The notes: generated from the letters alone by a model not told the origin. A stretch of DNA of 64,000 nt from an uncultured Methanosarcinaceae archaeon (GCA_963727895.1 CAVSHT010000004.1:160001-224000), one strand, 5' to 3'; counted from the first letter of the stretch, positions 1 to 10,589 are shown. Numbers and translations are program-made.

Positions 1-9
1 CGTAATTTT

Positions 10-966
10 GTGTACAAGATTACAGCTGTTCTTGTGCTTATCATTTACATACTTATTTTTGAATATCTGATGATTCGTGAGAATCAGTTTGAAAATGCAA
101 ATCCAATAACTGCTCTTTACTGGGCCACATCTACCTATGGCAATGTTGTCTTTAATTCCCAAGCAGGAAGACTTTTTTCAGTAATTGTACAGATTTCAGG
201 CATCATATTGATTTCGGGATTTCTTGTAACTTACATTGTTACTCCGTGGATGGATAGAGTTATCAAGTTCAGGCTACCTAGAAAAGCTTCTCAAGCCATG
301 AAAGAGCATGTTATTATCTGTGGATACAATCAACTGGTTGAAACCCTAATAGATGAGTTGGCTGATCAGGAATTGCTATTTGTTATAATAGACGAAGACG
401 AAACTGTAATTCGAGAGCTTTCTTATAAAGGCATTCCGTGCATTTTTGGAGTTTCAAGTGATAAACAGACACTTATTAGTGCCGAAATCCAAAAAGCCAG
501 ACTCCTTATTGCTAATAAGTCTGATGAAATAAACGCTAACATAATACTTACCGCTAGAGAGTATCAGAACCTCAGTATAATTGGCATTGTAGAAGATAGA
601 GCTAACTCAAAATATCTCAAATATGCAGGGGCTGATACCGTTGTCTCTCCAAAATCAATGTTAGGGCAATTTATCGGAAAAAAAGCTATGGATAGGCTTG
701 TGAACAGAGTAACTGGAGCGACTGAAATATTTGAGGGGGTTCATGTAGTAGAATTTCCTGTTTATCTGAAAAGTCCCCTTATAGGTAAATCGGTCAAAGA
801 GGTTTCCAGCCAGCAGAATATTATAGGTGCAAAAATTGTAGGAATCTGGAAAAGTGGAACTCTTTCTTTTGATCCTAAAGAGGAAGATATAATCCAGGAA
901 AACTCAGTTATACTGGCTGTAGGGACTCGTGAAGGACTTTCAAAACTGAAGAAATTGACGCACTGA
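10..966 (+). CDS. Potassium channel-like protein with TrkA-N/TrkA-C (RCK) domains; may start upstream of the window
   Basis: Two TM helices with pore-like segment ALYW..YGN; Rossmann-like HVIICGYNQ; YAGADTVVSP; C-terminal SPLIGKSVKE TrkA-C domain. The frame is open back to position 1. Confidence 0.85.
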   Translation: MYKITAVLVLIIYILIFEYLMIRENQFENANPITALYWATSTYGNVVFNSQAGRLFSVIVQISGIILISGFLVTYIVTPWMDRVIKFRLPRKASQAMKEHVIICGYNQLVETLIDELADQELLFVIIDEDETVIRELSYKGIPCIFGVSSDKQTLISAEIQKARLLIANKSDEINANIILTAREYQNLSIIGIVEDRANSKYLKYAGADTVVSPKSMLGQFIGKKAMDRLVNRVTGATEIFEGVHVVEFPVYLKSPLIGKSVKEVSSQQNIIGAKIVGIWKSGTLSFDPKEEDIIQENSVILAVGTREGLSKLKKLTH

Positions 967-1087
967 ATCGATAGCTTGAAATACATTATAAATTTTAAAT
1001 GTATAAATAAAAAGTTTCTGAGTTTCACATACCAATCTTTTTAGTTAAACTTTAAAAATATTGATTTTGAAGATTCTGGAGTCAAAA

Positions 1088-1765
1088 ATGGAATCAAAAG
1101 GGCATCTTGTCGTACTTGGGTATGGAGATGTGGGTAAAAGTATTGTAAGTACTCTCTCTGGAGGACCATTTCGTTTTGTAGTCGTGGACTCTAACGAAAA
1201 AGTCTTTGAAAACGTTGACTTTGAACATGTAGTCGGTAACGGAGCAGATGAAGAGATATTAATTGCCTCTGGAATGAAAACTGCTTCTTTTGTATTTGTA
1301 GCCCTCAATGACGATACCAGTGTTATCTTTGCAACTCTTATTTGCAGAAGTCTGAATCCTGAACTTACAATTGTGGCAAGGGCAAATTCCGTAAAATCTA
1401 TTGACAAGATCTACAAGGCAGGAGCAGACTATGTAGGTTCTCTTTCCATAGTAGCTGGCCAGATGCTTGCCAAAATGACTGCAAATTGTATGGGAAAAAG
1501 TTGCAGAATCGATGAAGATATAATGCTTTATGAGGGAATAGATATCGAAAAACACCGCGTTGACAAAGGTTCTCTCCTTGATAACATGTCAATAGAAGAA
1601 CTTGACCTTGAAGGAAATATCGGGTGTACTGTAATAGGAATTGAACGCGGAAAACTCGTTATAACAGATATTAAAAGACAGACAATTATAAAGCCAGGAG
1701 ATATTATTGCAGTTGTGGGGAGCAGCAAGCAAATTTCCGAGTTTAAGAAAATGTATGTTAATTAA
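1088..1765 (+). CDS. TrkA/KtrA-type RCK domain protein
   Basis: HLVVLGYGDVG NAD-binding motif, IVARAN, KAGADYV, TrkA-C domain; ATG at 1088. Confidence 0.85.
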   Translation: MESKGHLVVLGYGDVGKSIVSTLSGGPFRFVVVDSNEKVFENVDFEHVVGNGADEEILIASGMKTASFVFVALNDDTSVIFATLICRSLNPELTIVARANSVKSIDKIYKAGADYVGSLSIVAGQMLAKMTANCMGKSCRIDEDIMLYEGIDIEKHRVDKGSLLDNMSIEELDLEGNIGCTVIGIERGKLVITDIKRQTIIKPGDIIAVVGSSKQISEFKKMYVN

Positions 1766-2034
1766 ATAGCTTTTTTAAATTTACTTAACTGGTTAAAACT
1801 TATTTAAGTTCTAATTAAAACTTAATTAATTTTATTGAATCAACAAAGATGACACTATTGATTCCTGAATTCATTATTTATATATAGGCTAACACGGTAA
1901 ATTTGAATTCAAAGTTGAAAACCATGAAAATATTGAGTTAGCATTTGCATGATTGCGTTTTACATAATTTTTTATACAATTACTTGTTATAATTCATAAA
2001 CTAACTCAAAATAACAGAATAGTGGGAATGTTAA

Positions 2035-2443
2035 ATGAGTGATGATCAGATTAGAGTAGGTCGTAAACATCAGCGAATTAGTACCTCTAGTCATCGTGTA
2101 TTGGGTTATTTTGTAGAGATGTCACACGACGGATTAAACGAACATAAGGTAATTTCAGCGCCTGATCAGTATATGCTTGATAATAAAATTAATTTGCAGA
2201 AAAGTAAATGGCGAGAGAAATGGGTAAAAGTTTCTACTAGACGAGAATTAGATCCAGAGAGAGAAGCTAATTTAGAGGAAGCTAACAGACGAACTGAAGA
2301 AGCCACAAATGTCTTAAAAGATATGGAAAATATTTTACTTGATTCTCTTAAAAGTACCAATGCAATTACTGGGAAATGCTAAAAAAGAAAAAAATATTTT
2401 CCAAACAAATGCCTATTAAACCTCATGCTCAAATTAAAATAAC
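2035..2443 (+). pseudogene. N-terminal fragment of an Mrr-like restriction endonuclease (frameshift near 2368, cut by IS1)
   Basis: YFVEMSHDGLNEHKVI..NKIN.Q..KW..KW N-terminus; the shifted frame continues WEMLKKKKIFSKQMPIKP up to the IS1 end. Pairs logically with the C-terminal fragment at 19132. Confidence 0.55.
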
Positions 2444-3198
2444 GGCATTGATACTTAAACATAGTTATATACTATTAGAAAGTATATTTCTTAGAAAGTA
2501 TATTTCTTCATGAACTGCCCCAGATGCAATAGTTCCAGTCACAAAAAGAACGGTATAGTTGGTGGGCGTCAACGCTACAAATGCCATGATTGTGGATATA
2601 ACTATACAGTAGAGTTAAAATCAACTGCTTTTTCCGCCTCTGTTAAAAAACAGGCTTTACAACTTTACCTTGAAGGATTGGGCTTTCGTTCAATAGGAAG
2701 AGTTTTAGGGGTGAGTCATGTTTCTGTCCAAAGATGGATAAAGAAATTTGGTCAGTAGTTAGAGGACCTAAAAAGTGAAAATGAGATATCTATTGTTGAA
2801 ATAGATGAAATGCACACTTACATAGGTAACAAAAAAATATTGCTGGATCTGGATTGCTGTTGATAGAGTTGGGAAAAAGTTCATCAACTGCTCTTTTGGT
2901 AGCAGAGGAACGGAAACTGGAAAACTATTCTGGGAAAAATTGAAGAAAAAAGAGATTGGAGAAGTGATGACCGATTACTGGAGGGCATATGCAGAGTTTC
3001 TTCCAGAAACGATTCATACTCAATCAAAAGCAGAAACATTTACAGTTGAGGGATATAACAGCATATTGAGGCACTTTTTGGCAAGGTTGAGAAGAAAGAC
3101 AAAGTGTTATACGAAGAGTCTTGAAATGCTAAAGTACTCGGTTATTCCATTGATGAAATACAGAAATAAAGAACTAGATATATTTGAGTAACAATGCC
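2444..3198 (+). mobile_element. IS1-family element (copy 1, defective)
   Basis: IRs GGCATTGATACTTAAA / TTTGAGTAACAATGCC; InsA zinc ribbon CPRC..CHDC; GAG>TAG at 2756-2758; A7 instead of A8 at the slippery site; short duplication upstream of the ATG. Confidence 0.95.
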
Positions 3199-3592
3199 TA
3201 TTCTTAATTCAACTGGCTTTAGAAAGCAGTGTTATTTGTACGTTGAGGAGATGATTTTGCCTTTCTGAATCAAGGACAAAACAGTTACTATTTAATTTTG
3301 ATTACTTTGCGCTGTTTCTCAAATTAATTTTTTATCATTACTCTTGATTTATTTTATAAAAAATATTCTGAAAATACCTCTGTTATACATAATAATAAAT
3401 ATGCAATTATCTAAATACTGTTATACAAAACTTTCAAATTAACTACATAAATTTATCTTACGTTTCATTCATTTAAAATTTTTAATGATATTAAAAATTT
3501 AGCTATTATTAAATATAACTGTCATAGAAAAAATTCAAATTATAAATTTAATTTTAAAGCGATTATGATATATATTCAAATATCATTGAATT

Positions 3593-3704
3593 ATGCAGAT
3601 TGAGAGTAGGGTTTCTTCTTAATCTTTGGGTTGGATCGCAGGTAGGAATCCTTGAATAGGGACTTGGAATTCCTACCATCAATCTCTATACTATACATTT
3701 TTTT
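3593..3704 (+). ncRNA. Candidate small RNA (copy A of a two-copy element)
   Basis: 40-nt identity with 12771-12810 (inverted); hairpin 3641-3677; upstream ATATATAT box; T7 tract at 3698-3704. Confidence 0.5.
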
Positions 3705-3957
3705 AAGTTATTACTTCATTTTGTTAGCATTTTTATAACCAACTTTTAAAAATATTTTTTTAGAATATATATTTTTCTTATAGTGTGCCCACGTTTAATA
3801 AAGCTTATGATTTGTCATAGATTCCTGCATATTCCCGATCATCGGGTTTTAGGGTCAACTATACTTCTTGATCAAATTTTTCAGAAAATTATTTTCTCCG
3901 GAGTAATTTTTTGATCGGGGTAACAAAAATTCTAGATAACAGTATGGAACAGAATTG

Positions 3958-4772
3958 GGTTCCGTTGCAAAAAATTTCAAAATAAGCATGTAAATCTATA
4001 GACAATGAACAGAAGTTAAAATATTCAAGAAGATGTATCAATATTATAGAACTATTCCAAATAATTGATTAATATATTTAGCTTCATTAAGACCAGAGTA
4101 ATTTAGATTCTTGACTTGTCCTTTTTTAATCATATTCATCGCTTCAATTCCTTTTAAAGTTTTATTAGCAGATCGAAAAGACTGAAATCCTAACATTGGA
4201 TTAACTATTCGTTTAATGGATCTATGATCCTGTTCTATAATGTTATTCAAATACTTGATTTGTCGAATGCCTACGTTTATAGGTAGTATTTTATCATTTT
4301 TCAGTTTATTTATAGCAGGTGGATAAGCTGGATTTTTGTCAACTGTGATTACTCTTGGAATTTGATTATGATTAGAATTCAAAGCTTTCTTAAAGAAACG
4401 TTTTGCTGCTTTTTGGTCTCGTTTTGCACTTAACATAAAATCAATTGTATCTCCATTTGAGTCAACTGCTCGGTAAAAATATTTCCATTTACCTTTAACT
4501 CTGATATAAGTTTCATCAACTCTCCAAGAGTCGTTTGTTGGTCTTAAATGCCTTCTGACCTTCTTTTCGATTTCAGGAGAGTATTGATGTACCCATCTCA
4601 TAATATGGTTGTATGGTTGACTATTACTCCCCTTTCTGCCATCATTTCCTTTAAATTTCGATAACTTAATGGATATTTTAAGTACCATCTAACATTCAAT
4701 AAAATAATTTCACCCACAAAATGCTTCCATTTAAGGGATTAGATAGCATGTCATTATCCTTTACTTCCCTTT
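3958..4772 (-). mobile_element. IS6-family element; frameshifted transposase, left end replaced by IS21
   Basis: IR GGTTCCGTTGCAAAAAA at 3958; DDE motifs WRVDETY, ITVDK, NNIIEQDHR; ATG at 4749; 2-nt insertion near 4603. Confidence 0.92.
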
Positions 4773-6221
4773 TGTCAATGCCGGTTTACTTTTCCCCATT
4801 TTGTCCTGATTAATTTTCCCCACCTTGTGATATAAAGTTTACTCAATTTTTCATGAACTTGTTAAAAATTACTGGTATAGATTTCCTGTTTTTATACCCT
4901 GTTTTTTCCTTTCTTTCAGCCTGTAACTTTCCCCTTTGATATTAATCGTCGTAGAATGATGGAGAAGCCTATCAAGCACAGGTTCCATACTGTTACAGCC
5001 GCTATTACATGGTCCTTGAATATCTCTCCCATTCTCCATACGACTTATTCGATGTTAAGATCATTGAATTCCTTTCATAACGTCTTGAGATTAGCTGAAA
5101 TAAACAGTGAGTTCCTTCTTCGTCAAATGGGAGATATCCTATTTCATCAATAATCAGCACTTTATACTTTATCAAGTCCCTGAGTTTCTTTTCAAGCATT
5201 CCTTCTTGATTTGCTGTTTTCAACCTTTCAATAAGGTTTCCTGTATTGGTAAAGTAAACCGAAATCCCCGACTTTACTGCTTCGATTCCAAGAGCAATTA
5301 CAAGGTGAGACTTGCCAACACCTGGTGGACCAAAGAAAACAACATTCTCTGAATTATGAACAAATCTCAAGGTTGCAAGGTCTTCGATTATCTTCTTATC
5401 AATGGATTTCTGAAAATCAAAATAGAATTCCTCAAGAGTCTTTTTAACAGGAAAAACTGCACTTTTCATCTTTCTCTCAATTGCAACAGCTTCTCTGTGT
5501 TTCTTTTCCTGTTCAAATAGATAATCAAGAACTTCCATTGTTGTCTTGTTGTCCCTTACAACAATTTCAAGAAAGTTGTCAAGGAGCTCTTCAACAGTAT
5601 TCAGTTTCAGGTATTGCAGATTGTTGTGAAGCCTCTCATAGGTGAAGTTGTTCATTCAAAACCTCCCTGGCTAAATATTTCATAGACATCAAGAGACCTT
5701 TTTTCAACTTCAGGACCTGAGGATTTCAACGGAATCTGTGAATTTTTCTTGCATTTTGAGTTCTCTTTAAGAATCTCACTCAGTAAACCCTGGAAATGTT
5801 CCTTTTTCCTTGAAACTCTGCAGTTACCTGGGAGAATTGCATGTTCACAGATCTTTTCATAATCAACATAGATCTCTAATTTTTCTTCAAAAATATGAAT
5901 CTCTGCAGTTCTTCCTGCATACCTGTAAGGAACAGAATACTTATTTCCAAGAAATGAAATATAACAGTCTCTGGAGACCTTTCTGGTCTCCTTCTTAACA
6001 ACTTTGTAAGGAGGAACCTGACCCAGAGGGTTCAGGTCCTCCTCCTTAAAGCATTCAAGAGGGATTTGATAGGTTGTTCCATGGACAGTTGAATTTACTC
6101 TTTCTAACCAACTGTTAACTTGGCCATTCAGTTCTTCAAGAGAGGTAAACCTTCTTCCAAGGAAGAAATCCCTTTTGACGTAACCTACCGTATTTTCAAT
6201 TTTACCTTTTGTTTGAGGCCT
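4773..6221 (-). mobile_element. IS21-family remnant (istA 3' part 5652-6221 plus frameshifted istB ~4870-5655)
   Basis: TGTCAA terminus with repeated TTTTCCCCA; IstA PQTKGKIEN; IstB Walker A GPPGVGKS, IIDEIGY, and LDRLLHH..KGESYR in a shifted frame. Confidence 0.9.
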
Positions 6222-6375
6222 AAAAGGACAAGTCAAGAATCTAAATTACTCTGGTCTTAATGAAGCTAAATATATTAATCAATTATTTGGAATAGTTCTA
6301 TAATATTGATACATTTTCTCGAATATTTTGATTTTTTCATTATCCATAGATTTACATGCTTATTTTGAAATTTTT
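6222..6375 (+). mobile_element. IS6 3'-end fragment
   Basis: Near-identical to the 3' end of the IS6 transposase (KGQVKNLNYSGLNEAKYINQLFGIVL*) and its downstream region; the IR is decayed. Confidence 0.85.
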
Positions 6376-6442
6376 GAACTTGTCCGTTTTGTCCGTTTAT
6401 ACCGCATAGGATAAAATATACAACTACCGATAAATAGTTATT

Positions 6443-6652
6443 ATGGGAGGGGAGTTGAAACTGGAAAACAAAACGATAGAAACTGCGATAGCTAATGTGC
6501 TAAAAAGGTTGAACATTGCATATGTGGATGATACCACGTACAAACGGCTTGTTAACATTGGCTTACAGTATGATTATATTGAAAGTGAACTTTTAGAACA
6601 GATGCTTGAAACCGAATTGGTTATACTTAGTGGGGATTCTGAAAGCTTTTGA
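6443..6652 (+). CDS. Small acidic hypothetical protein
   Basis: 69-aa ORF lying between two IS6 end fragments; no recognisable motif. Confidence 0.45.
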   Translation: MGGELKLENKTIETAIANVLKRLNIAYVDDTTYKRLVNIGLQYDYIESELLEQMLETELVILSGDSESF

Positions 6653-6757
6653 AGTTGGGGTGTAATTTCATTTTTCTTATTTCTTTATTGTTTGTACTCT
6701 CAAATTAATTAGTTGATACTATCAAATTGTAAAAAAGCCGGATTTTATGCAATGGAA

Positions 6758-6838
6758 CTCATTTTCTTGAATATTTTAACTTTTGTTTATCATTCATAGA
6801 TTTACATGCTTATTTTGAGATTCTTTTGCAACAGAATC
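6758..6838 (+). mobile_element. IS6 right-end fragment
   Basis: Repeat of the IS6 3' non-coding region ending TTTTGCAACAGAATCC. Confidence 0.7.
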
Positions 6839-6920
6839 CTTAAAGGAGCTAATTATTTTCAACAGTATTTGTATATAATTTAAGATAATTTTTATATACA
6901 TTCTCTTTGTACATATTAGT

Positions 6921-7058
6921 ATGAAGTTTTTTAAATTTCCACTTTCGGTTTGGGTATATGTAGGCGGCGCTATTGCTTTGGGTGCTATAGGTCTAGTAAT
7001 TAATCACATAAGATCAAATAAAGTAAAATCTAAAAGAAAGGTCTCAAAACAAAACTGA
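6921..7058 (+). CDS. 45-aa single-TM small protein with Lys/Arg-rich tail
   Basis: MKFFKFPLSVWVYVGGAIALGAIGLVINHIRSNKVKSKRKVSKQN; TTTTATATA box ~23 nt upstream of the ATG (leaderless spacing). Not in the ORF track. Confidence 0.55.
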   Translation: MKFFKFPLSVWVYVGGAIALGAIGLVINHIRSNKVKSKRKVSKQN

Positions 7059-7346
7059 AAGTTGACATGCTTCAGAAGCAGAAAGCAGGATTTTTAAAAT
7101 TGGAATTATCAAGCTTAAAATGCAGTATTTTTGGTTCCGTTGCATAAATTTTCTTCTCACGCTTTGAGGCCATAATTGGCACCTTTATGTCCTATTTTTC
7201 TGAGTAATAAGAATGATTAATTGGTCATCGGTTAAGGAATCTGTTACCGTTAAAATAACTATTGAAATCCTTTATGCGTCTCGATTTCCATTTATAGGTT
7301 TACAGAAAAGGCAATGAAAATAACGCATTTCTTATAGATCATATTT

Positions 7347-7496
7347 GGTTCTGGTGCAAAAAATCTGGCTATTTTACAAAATTAATCAAATTCTTCACAT
7401 TTTGGAAAGTTAAACAAAATCTCACCAAAAAATTTGGCACAAAAAAGTAATTATTATATCCTTAAAGTCCGAGACGAAAATTTTTGCAACACAACC
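7347..7496. mobile_element. 150-bp IS6-type MITE (copy 1)
   Basis: IRs GGTTCTGGTGCAAAAA / TTTTTGCAACACAACC; inverted near-identical copy at 9272-9421. Confidence 0.85.
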
Positions 7497-7539
7497 ACTT
7501 TTTCTATATTCAGGAGCAGCTTCTAATATCTTTTTCACC

Positions 7540-8493
7540 TTATTTTGAAATCCAGTTTATATTCTTTTGAGCCATGAATCGATTAAAAGTGCTATAGTTG
7601 AATCCTGATACCCATTTTTGAATATGGTATCCAATTATAATTACGATCAAACTAGCAATAAAAATAACACAGAATTCCATAGGTCCAGTAACACCTAATT
7701 TATTATTAAGATATTTTACAACTGAAAGAAGAGGTTGATGAATCACATAAGTTGCGTATGACGACTGAGCTATATAATATATAACTTCTTGAACACTTAG
7801 AGGAATTTGCGAAAGATATGAGTGGGTTATGTTTAGTAAATTATATCTTCCAGCAAAAATCCCAATTAAAAAAACAGGATAATATAAATAGAATCTAGGA
7901 TCAAAAATATGGTACAGATAACATACAATATATATGCTTAAAGAAATAATGAATATTTCAATATCATCTCTTGCGTATTTTGCGATTATTGCATAAATAA
8001 CATAGTATACCATAATTGTGCCGACAAACCAATCTATATGTCCACCTCCTATATCCATATCAGCTTTAAAAAACCCATGAATTCCTGTCAGTTGATACAA
8101 TAATCCCATAAAACTAAAAAAATTTTCAGTATAAGGAGCAGGGTTAATATGAAAAATCCCAAATATAATGAACTCAAATAATAATCCAATCCACCATATA
8201 GGATAAATTCTGGTGACTCTTTTTTTAAAGTATTGAGTTATACCTTCCTTAGTTTCAAGACTTTTATATCTGCTAGAAAGAGTGTATCCAGAGGCAAAAA
8301 TAAACATTGAAAGCCCTATATACGCAAAAGTAGGACCAAAATATGCATAATGAAGTGATGGATATACATCCATCGAAAAATTTAAAAAAAATCCTAAATG
8401 AGATAATATGATTAATAAAATAGCACACTTTAGAATATCAATTTCTATAAGCTTTTTTGTATTGTAAGATGTTACAGGGTCAAACTTAGACAT
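7540..8493 (-). CDS. Acyltransferase-3 (OafA/YrhL-like) membrane O-acyltransferase
   Basis: IDILKC.AILLIILSH, FIFASGY, YFKKRVTRIYP, WFVGTI..YY, SYATYVIH motifs; multiple TM helices. Confidence 0.85.
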   Translation of the reverse strand: MSKFDPVTSYNTKKLIEIDILKCAILLIILSHLGFFLNFSMDVYPSLHYAYFGPTFAYIGLSMFIFASGYTLSSRYKSLETKEGITQYFKKRVTRIYPIWWIGLLFEFIIFGIFHINPAPYTENFFSFMGLLYQLTGIHGFFKADMDIGGGHIDWFVGTIMVYYVIYAIIAKYARDDIEIFIISLSIYIVCYLYHIFDPRFYLYYPVFLIGIFAGRYNLLNITHSYLSQIPLSVQEVIYYIAQSSYATYVIHQPLLSVVKYLNNKLGVTGPMEFCVIFIASLIVIIIGYHIQKWVSGFNYSTFNRFMAQKNINWISK

Positions 8494-8908
8494 CTTCTCA
8501 TTCTCCTTAGTAGTACGGAGTAAAATAATTTCTGATCAGATATGTCACCAAAAATCTTAAATCAGTGTCATTAGCAAAGTTTTAGTCTTTTAATCTTCGT
8601 GTCCACAGACCTCCTGCAGTAACAACACTCAATGAAAACTCCCGAGGAATTCCATATTTCCATTGGACTTTGATAGTTGAATGATGAATACTCAGTATTC
8701 TCTTCAAATTGTATGGGTAAAAGTAAATTTCATGCATTTGCTGAAAATTTAAAAATTTAACCAAGTCTAAAAAACAACCTCAAACGATGCATTCAACTTT
8801 ATAACTGTACGATAAAATTGTTGTATATTTTTCGAGTTGGAAACTTCTCCATTGAATTTGAAGAGGATACCAAATTTGCGACACCGCGAAGAAAAAGAAA
8901 AGGAACAA

Positions 8909-9151
8909 TTATCTGCGCTTTACTGTTTTCTGTGCTGATTTCTGTGCTGTTTTCTGTGCTGCACGCTCAGCCTTAACTCTTGGTGCCTTCTTTGAATTTT
9001 GTTCTTTATGTGATCTAGCTTTATCAAAGATCGATGCCTTTTCCGGAGAATATGTTATCATTTTCTTTCTATTTGCATCATCATTCGCCTTTTTAGATTT
9101 CTTTTTGGTTTCAGTTTATTCTTTGCCTAAAATCTTTCTCAATATGCCCAT
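8909..9151 (-). pseudogene. Small basic protein with in-frame TAA at codon 12 and three 12-bp AQK(T/S) repeats
   Basis: GGAGG upstream of the ATG; MGILRKILGKE*TETKKK...AAQKTAQKSAQKTVKRR. Confidence 0.45.
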
Positions 9152-9271
9152 TTTCTAAACCTCCTTTGCTTTCTTATACATACCTATTTCCATTAATTAG
9201 CTTATTTTCTAAGAGCGTGTTTTAAAATTCATTCTCATAAAGGTTTTCATTTGTATTCGGTTAAAATATGA

Positions 9272-9421
9272 GGTTGTGGTGCAAAAATTTTCGTCTCGTA
9301 CTTTAAGGATATAATAATTACTTTTTTGTGCCAAATTTTTTGGTGAGATTTTGTTTAACTTTCCAAAATGTGAAGAATTTGATTAATTTTGTAAAATAGC
9401 CAGATTTTTTGCACCAGAACC
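9272..9421. mobile_element. 150-bp IS6-type MITE (copy 2, inverted)
   Basis: Reverse complement of 7347-7496 with two substitutions. Confidence 0.85.
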
Positions 9422-9482
9422 GAATACTGCAATGGATAAAGGTCCGCAATTTGATTGGGACCAATTAAAAATCGGAGTTAAC

Positions 9483-10472
9483 TCAAGAAATAATGATATT
9501 AGCAGTCCCTTGAAGATCTATTACTTCATAGGATTCCACTGCTCCTTTAACAAGGCCTTCTCCACCAATAGTTGTTTTACTAGTTGTTCGGATCGCTATA
9601 GTCTTAAATTCTTGTGCTGAATTATCAAGATTAATGTCAGGCACTAACAAAGTCAGTGTTATAGTATGAGAATCCGAAACACTTTGTAAGGTCACTGTCA
9701 CTATCGTACCTATTTCCGTTTTTTGTGTTCGGATTTCATCTCCTGTAAAACTGCGCATACCTTTTGAATCCTCATAGCTGAAAAGAGGTTTACCTGTGAT
9801 GCTAGTTGTCGAATAGCTTATATGTACATCTTTATGCTTTTTTCCAGTTCCATTTAGAACAAATTGGTTTGGTTCATTGATTTTGCTGTCAGAAGTCATA
9901 TTCTGTCCTTTAATCTTTTTTGAAAGGTTGTTTGATGAGATAATATTGTTACAATTAAATGCCGTACCAATTAAATTAGTTATAACATACGATTCAGCTT
10001 GCCCAATACGAGCCGAAGAAGGGAGGGAAGCAGCTTTGTAAGAAGTTGTAATACCGATTGTATGAAACGACGCTGAGGTATTTTTCTTATTTAATAAATT
10101 AACTTTTGGAAGTAAAAAGGTAAATAATGGCTGAGGTGGAGCACCTGGTATAGGTTTTAAAGTGCCCAGAGTGATACTAACCAAAGTACCGAGTTCTGGT
10201 ATGTCGACGCAATGTATTTCTTTATTGGTAAAATGAAATGTCCCAAATTTTTTATTATTATATACAAGATTTGACACTGCACCTGGACCCATAGGTGTAT
10301 ACATCACGCTGATACAATTGCCACTCAAGTGATATTGATATGGATTAATGAATTTTATTTCTGTCGTTTGGCATGATGGAGCCAAAGAAGATGCACCTGC
10401 TGACGCAGCTGTTAGTGATACTACAAATAAGACAACCAGCAAAATAGCCAGTGTTCTTTTTTCTCTGCTCAT
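9483..10472 (-). CDS. Secreted protein with two tandem beta-rich domains of unknown function
   Basis: Signal peptide MSREKRTLAILLVVLFVVSLTAASAGA; internal repeat (EI....ELGTLVSITL / EI....EIGTIVTVTL; TFLLPKVNL / TLLVPDINL). Confidence 0.75.
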   Translation of the reverse strand: MSREKRTLAILLVVLFVVSLTAASAGASSLAPSCQTTEIKFINPYQYHLSGNCISVMYTPMGPGAVSNLVYNNKKFGTFHFTNKEIHCVDIPELGTLVSITLGTLKPIPGAPPQPLFTFLLPKVNLLNKKNTSASFHTIGITTSYKAASLPSSARIGQAESYVITNLIGTAFNCNNIISSNNLSKKIKGQNMTSDSKINEPNQFVLNGTGKKHKDVHISYSTTSITGKPLFSYEDSKGMRSFTGDEIRTQKTEIGTIVTVTLQSVSDSHTITLTLLVPDINLDNSAQEFKTIAIRTTSKTTIGGEGLVKGAVESYEVIDLQGTANIIIS

Positions 10473-10589
10473 AAAAATTCATCCCTTGTCAACTACTTTC
10501 AGTGTTTTTGTCACTTGTAATTCACTTTCAATCACTAATAAATAAAAATGTTGTGATGTAAAACTGTGAATGTATTATGAAAAAACATC

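Noticed and set aside
2756..2758. Amber codon in IS1 insA as functional pyrrolysine recoding
   Set aside because: The same copy has an A7 slippery site that puts insB out of reach, and other copies have GAG, so it is simple decay.
8520..8890. Possible transposase remnant inside the inverted segment
   Set aside because: No readable frame or recognisable motif; cannot assign by eye.
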